NCBI GenBank assembly: GCA_036373775.1
Contig: JAZAUD010000008.1
Span: forward strand, 2,835 to 66,834
Source of the DNA: Oscillospiraceae bacterium
Lineage (GTDB): Bacteria > Bacillota > Clostridia > Oscillospirales > Ruminococcaceae
Direction: 5' to 3'
Length of the DNA: 64,000 nt
The notes beneath the pieces are model-generated. The model was not told the origin of the DNA and searched no databases. It worked only from the letters and a program-made list of their open reading frames with translations. Each line of letters begins with the position of its first letter. Position 1 is the first letter of the stretch. Of the stretch, positions 56,630 to 64,000 are shown piece after piece. The position numbers were made by a program, and so were the translations under genes.

Positions 56630-58078
56630 ATGAATTTCGAAAAACAGAAAACAGCTCCCGTTTATGAAGCTCTTGAACGCTTCCGCAGAAAAAGAGTCGT
56701 CCCCTTTGATGTTCCGGGGCATAAAAGAGGACGTGGCAACCCTGAATTAGTCAAATTATTGGGTGAACAATGTGTTAGTCTTGACGTGAATTCCATGAAA
56801 CCCCTTGACAATCTCTGTCACCCTGTTTCCGTCATTGCAGAAGCCGAACAATTGGCGGCGGATGCATTCGGGGCGAAATATGCCTATTTCATGGTGGGCG
56901 GTACAACTTCCGCCGTGCAAAGTATGGTATTGACCGCCTGCAAAGCTGGTGATAAACTCATCATGCCCCGAAATGTGCATAGAAGTGCATTAAATGCACT
57001 CATTCTCTGCGGTGCTGAGCCTGTCTATGTGAATCCTGATGTCGATGCACATATTGGCATTGCCTTGGGAATGATGCTTTCTGACGTGGAACAGGCTATT
57101 TTAGCCCATCCCGATGCAAAGGCGGTTTTCGTCAATAATCCGACTTATTACGGCATTTGTTCAGATTTGCGTTCTATCGTCAAGTTGGCTCATGAACATG
57201 GTATGATGGTATTGGTGGATGAAGCCCACGGCACACACCTTTCTTTTCATGAGGAATTACCTGTTTCGGCTATGGAAGCCGGTGCAGATATGGCGGCAAT
57301 CTCTATGCATAAGTCCGGCGGAAGTCTCACACAAAGTAGTCTGTTACTATTAAATGATACTGTCAATCCTCGCTATGTGGAACAGATTATCAATCTCACA
57401 CAGACAACAAGTGCGTCTTATCTGCTGTTGTCAAGTCTTGACATTTCAAGGCGAAATCTGGCACTCCGTGGGCGTGAAAGTTTCGAAAAAGTCCGTCAGA
57501 TGGCGGAATATGCAAGAGAAGAAATTAACTCCATTGGTGGGTATTATGCCTATGGGAAAGATTTGGTAAATGGTCGCAGTATCTTTGATTATGATGTCAC
57601 CAAACTTTCTGTGTATACTCGTGACATTGGATTGACCGGAATTGAAGTTTATGACCTGCTCCGTGATGAGTACGACATTCAGATTGAATTTGGCGATATT
57701 GGAAATATTCTTGCCTATATCTCCATTGGCGACAGAATTCAGGATATTGAAAGATTAGTCGGTGCATTGGAGGACATCAAACGGCTTTATTCCAGAGAAG
57801 TTTCTCGTCAGCATAATGCGGAGTATATTACTCCCATTGTATCAGCCACCCCACAAAAGGCATTCTATGCCGAAAAAGAACTCGTTCCCATCCGTCAGAC
57901 AGTCGGCAGAATTTGCGGTGAATTTGTGATGTGTTACCCCCCCGGTATTCCCATCATTGCACCAGGGGAAATGGTGACAGAGGAAATTGTTGATAATATT
58001 CTTTTCTCCATTGGAAAAGGTTGCTCCATGCAGGGCTTTGAAGACCCCACTCTCGAAAGGCTCAATGTGCTGAAGTAA
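56630..58078 (+). CDS. speA: PLP-dependent Orn/Lys/Arg decarboxylase (SpeA-type arginine decarboxylase of Firmicutes)
   Basis: FDVPGHKRG, SMHKSGGSLTQSS (PLP Lys). The operon also contains speE. Confidence 0.75.
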   Translation: MNFEKQKTAPVYEALERFRRKRVVPFDVPGHKRGRGNPELVKLLGEQCVSLDVNSMKPLDNLCHPVSVIAEAEQLAADAFGAKYAYFMVGGTTSAVQSMVLTACKAGDKLIMPRNVHRSALNALILCGAEPVYVNPDVDAHIGIALGMMLSDVEQAILAHPDAKAVFVNNPTYYGICSDLRSIVKLAHEHGMMVLVDEAHGTHLSFHEELPVSAMEAGADMAAISMHKSGGSLTQSSLLLLNDTVNPRYVEQIINLTQTTSASYLLLSSLDISRRNLALRGRESFEKVRQMAEYAREEINSIGGYYAYGKDLVNGRSIFDYDVTKLSVYTRDIGLTGIEVYDLLRDEYDIQIEFGDIGNILAYISIGDRIQDIERLVGALEDIKRLYSREVSRQHNAEYITPIVSATPQKAFYAEKELVPIRQTVGRICGEFVMCYPPGIPIIAPGEMVTEEIVDNILFSIGKGCSMQGFEDPTLERLNVLK

Positions 58079-58112
58079 ATTTTTCAAAAATCATGACAGT
58101 AGGAAATTGCAA

Positions 58113-58403
58113 ATGAAAGCTCTCAAAATCATTTACCGGATTTTATATATTCTTTTAGGTATCGGATGGGTTCGGACACTGATTCCAGAAATTTCTAATG
58201 TAGTTCGTGCAGGTGGAAAATTTCAGGCGTTTGACACTTTACCCGTTTATGGAATAAAAGCATATATCCAATGCATTGGAATTTGCAGTTTCTTCTATTG
58301 GTTTGTTGCATGGATTCCCCTGTCGATTGCAGTCATGTTGCATACCATTTATAAAAATAAAATACGCCGTATTTCAGCAGGTGATGAGTTTGAAAAATCG
58401 TAA
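58113..58403 (+). CDS. hypothetical small membrane protein
   Basis: MKALKIIYRILYILLGIGW..., two to three hydrophobic segments. Confidence 0.4.
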   Translation: MKALKIIYRILYILLGIGWVRTLIPEISNVVRAGGKFQAFDTLPVYGIKAYIQCIGICSFFYWFVAWIPLSIAVMLHTIYKNKIRRISAGDEFEKS

Positions 58404-58791
58404 ACGAAGGCTGATATTTGTAAGAAAATGGAAAGAATTGGAATCGCTTGGTTTCATCATGGAATGTTCCGGTGAATGTCCTCACTGTGGAAAACATCAG
58501 ATTTTCCTGATAAACCGCTATGATGCGCTTGCTTGTATGGCTTGTAATCGGTGGCTTGAAAAAGCGTGTTCCGACCCCAAATGTCCATTTTGTGCCAATC
58601 GTCCGGAATCTCCGGCAGGGGCTTTGTTTTTCCTCAAAGACGATATTCAGAGAAGAATTCAGCTCCTGAGAAAAGACAATCTTCGGAAAAATTATCAACG
58701 AAAACATTATGGTGAAATCCGTCGCCGTAAGAAAATTATAAACCACTTTAGGAGGGGTTATCATGGCAAATTTACAGGTTACATTGAATGA
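58384..58791 (+). CDS. hypothetical Cys-rich (zinc-ribbon-like) basic protein
   Basis: CSGECPHCGK...CMACNRW...CSDPKCPFC, basic C-terminus. Start ATG 58384 chosen within track ORF 58276-58791. Confidence 0.45.
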   Translation: MSLKNRKRRLIFVRKWKELESLGFIMECSGECPHCGKHQIFLINRYDALACMACNRWLEKACSDPKCPFCANRPESPAGALFFLKDDIQRRIQLLRKDNLRKNYQRKHYGEIRRRKKIINHFRRGYHGKFTGYIE

Positions 58792-59026
58792 CGACTTGAA
58801 AGCACAGGCAGATGAATTATTTGCAAGTTTGGGTTTTGATACCTCAACAGCAATACGCATTTTTTTGACAGTAGCGGTTGAAAATGATGGTCTTCCCTTT
58901 GAAGTCCGTCACAGGTCACTTTCTGATGAAATGCGTCAGGCGGTGCATGACAGCAGAAACAGGGTTAATCTGAACGGCTTGTATGATACTGCTGAAGAAG
59001 CCGTGAAGGCTATGCTGGAGGATTGA
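58763..59026 (+). CDS. RelB/DinJ-family type II antitoxin
   Basis: MANLQVTLNDDLKAQADELFASLGFDTSTAIRIFLTVAVENDGLPFEV. Confidence 0.85.
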   Translation: MANLQVTLNDDLKAQADELFASLGFDTSTAIRIFLTVAVENDGLPFEVRHRSLSDEMRQAVHDSRNRVNLNGLYDTAEEAVKAMLED

Positions 59027-59307
59027 CAGTGTATAAAATCGAATTTACCAATGAAATGAAACGAAATGCCAAATTGATGCGTAAACGTGGAAAAGATATG
59101 TCGAAATTGGTTTCTGTTCTTGATATGCTTGCATCCGGTCAGCCTTTACCGCAAAAGTATGACGACCACCAATTAACTGGAAATTTAAGAGATTTCAGAG
59201 AATGTCACATAGAACCTGATTGGCTTCTCGTCTATCAAATACACAAAGATATTCTGGTACTCACCGCAACCGGAACAGGGACACACGCTGATTTATTTGG
59301 TAAATAG
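59023..59307 (+). CDS. YafQ-family type II toxin (mRNA interferase)
   Basis: KYDDHQLTGNLRDFRECHIEPDWLLVYQ. 4-nt overlap with the antitoxin gene (start TTG 59023 or GTG 59029). Confidence 0.85.
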   Translation: MTVYKIEFTNEMKRNAKLMRKRGKDMSKLVSVLDMLASGQPLPQKYDDHQLTGNLRDFRECHIEPDWLLVYQIHKDILVLTATGTGTHADLFGK

Positions 59308-59345
59308 TTCAATTAAAATATTACCTTTACAGGAGGAAAAATATC

Positions 59346-60212
59346 ATGGATTTCTGGTTTTCTGAAATGCATACCCATAATGTGAAAATGTCCATTCGTG
59401 TGGAAAAACAACTGTTTTCGGGACAGAGTGACTTTCAGCGGATTGATGTATTTGATTCGGAGGAGTTCGGACGTTTCCTGACCTCTGACGGCTCTGTGAT
59501 TTTCTCCGAAAAGGATGAATTCACCTATGATGAAATGATTGTTCATGTGCCGATGGCGGTGCATCCCCATGCCAAGAAAGTGCTTGTTATCGGTGGCGGT
59601 GATGGCGGTGTGGCTCGTGAACTGTCGTATTATCAGGAGATTGAAGAAATTGACGTGGTTGAGCCAGACAAGCTTTTTGTGGAAGTCTGCCGTGAATTCT
59701 TCCCTGATAATGCCAAAGGTCTGGACGACCCCAGAGTAACGGTATTTTATCGGGACGGTCTGCGTTTCCTGCGTGGAAAACAGGACGAATACGATTTAAT
59801 CATCAATGATAGTACTGACCCTCTCGGACATACTGCCGGATTATTCACGAAGGAATTTTATGGGAGCTGTTTCAAGGCTCTGCATTCTGACGGGATTATG
59901 GTGTATCAACATGGTTCGCCCTTCTTTGATGAAGATGAAGATACCTGTCGGGCAATGCACAGAAAGGCTTATAAGAGTTTCCCCATTAGTCGGGTGTATC
60001 AGGCACATATCCCAACTTGCCCCTCTGGATATTGGCTGTTCGGGTTCGCTTCTAAGAAGTACCACCCCATTCAGGATTTGGATGCGAAACGCTGGAAAGC
60101 CAGAGGATTGAAAACATGGTATTATACTACTAATCTGCACACAGGCGCATTCATGCTCCCGAAATATGTGGAAGACCTGCTGGAGGAAGAGGAAGAACGC
60201 CATAAAGATTGA
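59346..60212 (+). CDS. speE: spermidine synthase (polyamine aminopropyltransferase)
   Basis: FWFSE..., VLVIGGGDGGVAREL, INDSTDP. Confidence 0.9.
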   Translation: MDFWFSEMHTHNVKMSIRVEKQLFSGQSDFQRIDVFDSEEFGRFLTSDGSVIFSEKDEFTYDEMIVHVPMAVHPHAKKVLVIGGGDGGVARELSYYQEIEEIDVVEPDKLFVEVCREFFPDNAKGLDDPRVTVFYRDGLRFLRGKQDEYDLIINDSTDPLGHTAGLFTKEFYGSCFKALHSDGIMVYQHGSPFFDEDEDTCRAMHRKAYKSFPISRVYQAHIPTCPSGYWLFGFASKKYHPIQDLDAKRWKARGLKTWYYTTNLHTGAFMLPKYVEDLLEEEEERHKD

Positions 60213-60230
60213 TTTGGCTGAGGTGAAATC

Positions 60231-61502
60231 ATGGCTTTTCAAATTACAGGTGCGACCCTGAAAAAATACACTCCTGAACCAGAGGAAACTAAAATCATTG
60301 TTCCAAATGGCATAGAAGTGATTGGAAGGCACGCTTTTAGTAGAGCGAAAAATATTGTTTCTGTGGTACTTCCTGAAAGTGTCAGAATTATTGAAGAAGG
60401 TGCTTTCGATTGTTGTGACAATTTAGTTTCTGTCAATATTCCCTATGGTATCAAGGTCATTGCAGATAGTACTTTTATGAACTGTTACAGTCTGAATAAT
60501 ATTTTCCTCCCCGATACGGTAACAAAAATTGATGCATTTGCTTTTAGTGGCTGTAAAAGTCTGGATTCGTTTCATATTTCGGAAAATGTCACGGAAATTG
60601 GGCGGTATTCTTTTGAATGCGCTCCGTGGAAACGGAGACAGGGAAACAATTTCCCCATTGTGGGGGATGGTGTGCTGTTCGCCTGCCCTAAAAACCTGAA
60701 AAATTTGGTTATCCCTTATGGTGTCAAGCACGTTCCTGCAATCCTTGTCGATGCAATCCAACAAACGGAATTCATTCAAATTCCGGAAACAGTTGTTTCC
60801 ATCAGCAAATATTTTTTGCAAAGTCATCACCTGAGAGAATTTTCTGTTGCTGAAAATAACCCCCATTATTGCAGCATTGACGGAGTTTTATATTTCAAGG
60901 ACAAAAAAACGCTGTTTTTTTATCCGCCTAACCGAACGGAAACAGTTTTTGAAATTCCTGATACTGTTGAAATCATCGAAGAAAGGGCTTTTTTGTACGC
61001 AAACAGGCTCAAAACAATTATCATTCCTGAAAGTGTGAAAAAATTCAGCAATTATACTTTCTGTGAAGGGACACAATTGCAATTTAAAGGACAATGGGAT
61101 GGTTTCACGCTCCCAATTCTGGAAAACTGGGTGGTTACCAAAATAGAACAATTTCTGGATTGTCTGCAATCGCCCTCTTTCGAAACATTTGTGAAAATTC
61201 GAAACAAATATTACCGCTCTTATTTTGCATTGTATTTCTATCAAAAAAGCAAAGATGAACGCTATCAGCAAATTATTCTGGATGACCTCCACTATATCGC
61301 AGAATTTCTGGTTTCTCCTGAACAAATCAACTTGTTAGCCCAATTTCTGGAATGTGAATTTTTCAGCATGGAACAGATTGATTACATCCTTGAAAAGGCA
61401 ATCGAACAAAAAGAGGAAAATACAGAAACTGTCCTCATGCTTCTGGAATACAAACATCAACATTCCGGCTATATCAGCCAAGAAGAACATTTCAAACTGT
61501 AA
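60231..61502 (+). CDS. BspA-type leucine-rich-repeat (LRR_5-like) protein, paralogue 1, no signal peptide
   Basis: Repeating IPxxVxxIgxxAFxxCxxL units. C-terminal helical module ending ...LEYKHQHSGYISQEEHFKL. Confidence 0.8.
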   Translation: MAFQITGATLKKYTPEPEETKIIVPNGIEVIGRHAFSRAKNIVSVVLPESVRIIEEGAFDCCDNLVSVNIPYGIKVIADSTFMNCYSLNNIFLPDTVTKIDAFAFSGCKSLDSFHISENVTEIGRYSFECAPWKRRQGNNFPIVGDGVLFACPKNLKNLVIPYGVKHVPAILVDAIQQTEFIQIPETVVSISKYFLQSHHLREFSVAENNPHYCSIDGVLYFKDKKTLFFYPPNRTETVFEIPDTVEIIEERAFLYANRLKTIIIPESVKKFSNYTFCEGTQLQFKGQWDGFTLPILENWVVTKIEQFLDCLQSPSFETFVKIRNKYYRSYFALYFYQKSKDERYQQIILDDLHYIAEFLVSPEQINLLAQFLECEFFSMEQIDYILEKAIEQKEENTETVLMLLEYKHQHSGYISQEEHFKL

Positions 61503-61515
61503 GAAGGTGAAAACA

Positions 61516-62871
61516 TTGTACTTTGACATTACCCCTGAAAATGTCCTGAAAAAATATACCGGCACAGAAACTCATGTTGTCATTCCGGAGGGAGTGGCAT
61601 CCATCGGAACACAGGCTTTCGCCAAAAATAATACTATGGTTTCACTCGAAATCCCCGACAGCGTGAAAAGCATTCATGAAGAGGCTTTTTTACTCTGTAA
61701 GAAACTGCAATTCGTGAAAATGCCCAAAACCATCCAATTCATTGAAAATGGAGCTTTTCAGCGGTGCGAAAGTTTGGAGTCTGTCATTTTACCAGAGGGA
61801 TTACAGCACATTCAAACGAATCTATTCAATGGCTGTCAGAATCTGGTATCTGTTCAGATTCCTGATAGTGTGATTAGGATAGAAAGTCAGGCTTTTTATG
61901 GGTGCAGTAGCCTTGAAATGATTGATATTCCCAAAAGTGTAACCCAAATCGAAAACAATGTATTTGATGGAACTCCATGGCTGAAATATCATCCAGATGA
62001 ATTTGTGATTGTTGGGGACGGGGTGCTTGTGAGCTATCGGGGGAAAAATCCGGATGTTATCATTCCGGAGGATGTCAAATTTCTGACACAATCGGCATTT
62101 TATGGAAATCAAGAGAACATCCGGAGTGTTTTCATCCCTGAAACTGTCACAGCATTGAATGATAGCTTGCACTGTGACAATTTGCAGGAAATCAATATTT
62201 CTGAACAAAATCCCACTTATTCCAGCATTGATGGCGTTTTATACAATAAAACTCAATCCGTCATGCTGATTTATCCGCACGGGAAAAAATTGCCTGTGTT
62301 CCGCATTCCAGATAGTGTCAAGTTCATTGAGTCTTATGTTACATTTGAATCAGCCACGAAAAAATTTATTATCCCCGAAACAGTGGAAACAATTGGATAT
62401 TTCGCATTCTCCCAAAATACAACGCTCATTTTTGAGCGACATGGACGACAAATACCGATATTTCTTGAATTTGCATGGTTTTTGAATCCCCATACTATCA
62501 ACCGAAAAGATGCCCTTGGTGTATGGGAATTTCTGGAAAATCCAACAGGTCAGAATCTAGGACACATCAGAACATATGCTTACCGTTATCAGCTTGCAAC
62601 ATTCTGTTATGATATGGACAGCGGAATTGCTGATTACCTCAAAGAAAATATCATTGCTGTAACAAAGTTTGCAATCGAACATGATTTGCACGAAATGATG
62701 CAAAAACTCTTCGATTCTGGTTATATTGATACTGAAAATATTGATACGCTCATTGATTCCGCTATTGAACATACCCAACAAACCAGCAATGCAGAAATGC
62801 AGATTCTATTGATGGAATATAAACATCAAGTCATTGGCTACGCTGACCCCGAAAGTCAGTTCAAACTTTGA
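61516..62871 (+). CDS. BspA-type LRR protein, paralogue 2
   Basis: Same repeat architecture, ends ...MEYKHQVIGYADPESQFKL. Start is probably TTG 61516 (or GTG 61507) after GAAGGTG. The track start at 61354 lies inside paralogue 1. Confidence 0.75.
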   Translation: MYFDITPENVLKKYTGTETHVVIPEGVASIGTQAFAKNNTMVSLEIPDSVKSIHEEAFLLCKKLQFVKMPKTIQFIENGAFQRCESLESVILPEGLQHIQTNLFNGCQNLVSVQIPDSVIRIESQAFYGCSSLEMIDIPKSVTQIENNVFDGTPWLKYHPDEFVIVGDGVLVSYRGKNPDVIIPEDVKFLTQSAFYGNQENIRSVFIPETVTALNDSLHCDNLQEINISEQNPTYSSIDGVLYNKTQSVMLIYPHGKKLPVFRIPDSVKFIESYVTFESATKKFIIPETVETIGYFAFSQNTTLIFERHGRQIPIFLEFAWFLNPHTINRKDALGVWEFLENPTGQNLGHIRTYAYRYQLATFCYDMDSGIADYLKENIIAVTKFAIEHDLHEMMQKLFDSGYIDTENIDTLIDSAIEHTQQTSNAEMQILLMEYKHQVIGYADPESQFKL

Positions 62872-62884
62872 AAGAGGTGATAAT

Positions 62885-63955
62885 TTGGCACAATATCATT
62901 TTAATGTAGATGCATTATTGAAAGTCACCCTTGAACCCAATGAAACGGAAATCACCTTGCCCTCACAAACCAGAATGATTGGGGAATATGCTTTCAAAAA
63001 TTGTCAACAGCTCCGGAAAATTGTACTTCCTGAAAATCTCAGATACATTGACAGGCTCACTTTTTCTTGGTGCAGAGCATTAGAGGAAATCAATTTTCCT
63101 GACAGCTTGCAGGATATTGGCGACCATGCATTTTATCATTGCCACAATCTGAAAAAAGTGATATGGGGAAAAGGCGTTCAGGAAATTGAAAACACTGCTT
63201 TTTTGGATTGTGGATTAGAATATATTTACATCCCTGAAACAGTGGAATTCATTGATGAAACGGCTTTCCATGGCTGTGAACACATCCAACAATTTGACGT
63301 TTCGCCGGATAATCCCTATTTCCGAAGCATTGACGGCAGTTTGTACACCAAAGACGGAAAAATACTTATTCGCTTTGCTTGCAAAAAAGGACAGACAAGT
63401 TTTCAGATTCCAAATTTTGTGACTCGTATCTGGCAAGGAGCATTTTATTTTCAAAATCCCTGTCAAATCGTCATTCCGCAGTCTGTTGTAACAATTGACA
63501 ATTATGTATTCGAAAAAGGCGCAAATCTCATGATTGAGGATGCCAACCATCAATATATCAAGGTGCAACTTTCGCAAGACCTTCATGAGGACATTATGAA
63601 GTCTCCCCTGTTCCTGTTTGTAAAAGTTCCCACTTTTAAGAGCTTCCAGAAGTTGCCAAAAAAATTACAATATCAGATAGCTGTCACACATTACGGCACA
63701 ATCCCCGAAATTGAAACCTTTCTCCGGAAACGTATTGTACAGGTTGCGAAATTCTTTATTGAGCAGGAAAATTTTGAGACTTTGGAAATGCTGTTTGAAA
63801 AGGGTTTTATTACTCAAAAAAATGTTGATGCCGTTTTAGCGCACGTCATCAACCACGCACAGGAAACCCGAAATTTTGAATTTCAGGTTGCTGTCATGAA
63901 TTATCGTGAAAAATACCTCGGATATTCCAATCCGGAGTATAATTTTAAATTATAA
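62885..63955 (+). CDS. BspA-type LRR protein, paralogue 3
   Basis: Same architecture, ends ...MNYREKYLGYSNPEYNFKL. Probable TTG start at 62885 after GAGGTG. Confidence 0.75.
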   Translation: MAQYHFNVDALLKVTLEPNETEITLPSQTRMIGEYAFKNCQQLRKIVLPENLRYIDRLTFSWCRALEEINFPDSLQDIGDHAFYHCHNLKKVIWGKGVQEIENTAFLDCGLEYIYIPETVEFIDETAFHGCEHIQQFDVSPDNPYFRSIDGSLYTKDGKILIRFACKKGQTSFQIPNFVTRIWQGAFYFQNPCQIVIPQSVVTIDNYVFEKGANLMIEDANHQYIKVQLSQDLHEDIMKSPLFLFVKVPTFKSFQKLPKKLQYQIAVTHYGTIPEIETFLRKRIVQVAKFFIEQENFETLEMLFEKGFITQKNVDAVLAHVINHAQETRNFEFQVAVMNYREKYLGYSNPEYNFKL

Positions 63956-63971
63956 TTTAGGAGGAAATCTT

Positions 63972-64000
63972 ATGAAATTATTGGTTATTGGTTGCGGCGG
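63972..64000 (+). CDS. 5' end of a gene (MKLLVIGCGG..., Rossmann-type N-terminus), truncated by window edge
   Basis: AGGAGG RBS at 63960-63965, ATG 63972. Only 9 codons are visible, so identity is not determinable. Confidence 0.4.

Overview
This is a 64-kb chromosomal segment of a low-GC Firmicute. Gene content and synteny look Clostridia / Oscillospiraceae-like, but that is inference only. Layout: (1) 1-8.5 kb, + strand: housekeeping genes (aroE, aroK, amidohydrolase, Fe-S hydro-lyase alpha subunit, coaX, small alarmone synthetase, OmpR/HK pair) separated by at least eight copies of an ~80-95 nt palindromic intergenic repeat family. (2) 8.5-17.6 kb: PLP decarboxylase, small sigma-region-4 HTH pair, tRNA-Gln(UUG), solitary MazF toxin, sugar ABC binding protein, secreted/lipoproteins, ricT-holB-darA. 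(3) 17.7-33.6 kb, - strand: complete S10-spc-alpha ribosomal supercluster (rpsJ to rplQ, including rpmJ and rpmD found by hand) with secY, adk, map, KOW protein, infA and rpoA. (4) 34-39.6 kb: LysM/G5/M23 peptidase, RluA-family pseudouridine synthase, membrane protein, histidine phosphatase, XRE regulator. (5) 39.7-48.8 kb, - strand: a tightly packed seven-gene operon encoding a coiled-coil protein, a Zn-ribbon-FHA protein, an NrdG-like radical-SAM activase, a ClpB-D2-type AAA+ ATPase, a PP2C phosphatase, a Hanks kinase with 36-nt tandem repeats, and a polytopic membrane protein. I cannot assign it to any named system, and it is my top candidate for an undescribed system. (6) 48.8-54.7 kb: CXXC micro-ORF plus polyferredoxin, CIRCE-controlled hsp20, tcdA, ttcA-like, DUF1846, membrane protein. 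(7) 54.9-64 kb: degenerate GGDEF protein, then a leader-controlled polyamine operon (arginine/ornithine-type decarboxylase ... speE) interrupted by two small ORFs, a DinJ-YafQ toxin-antitoxin pair and three tandem cytoplasmic BspA-type LRR paralogues. I recognised no rRNA, CRISPR array, transposase or integrase. All calls come from reading the ORF-track translations and the nucleotide sequence by eye. No database search or folding computation was run.
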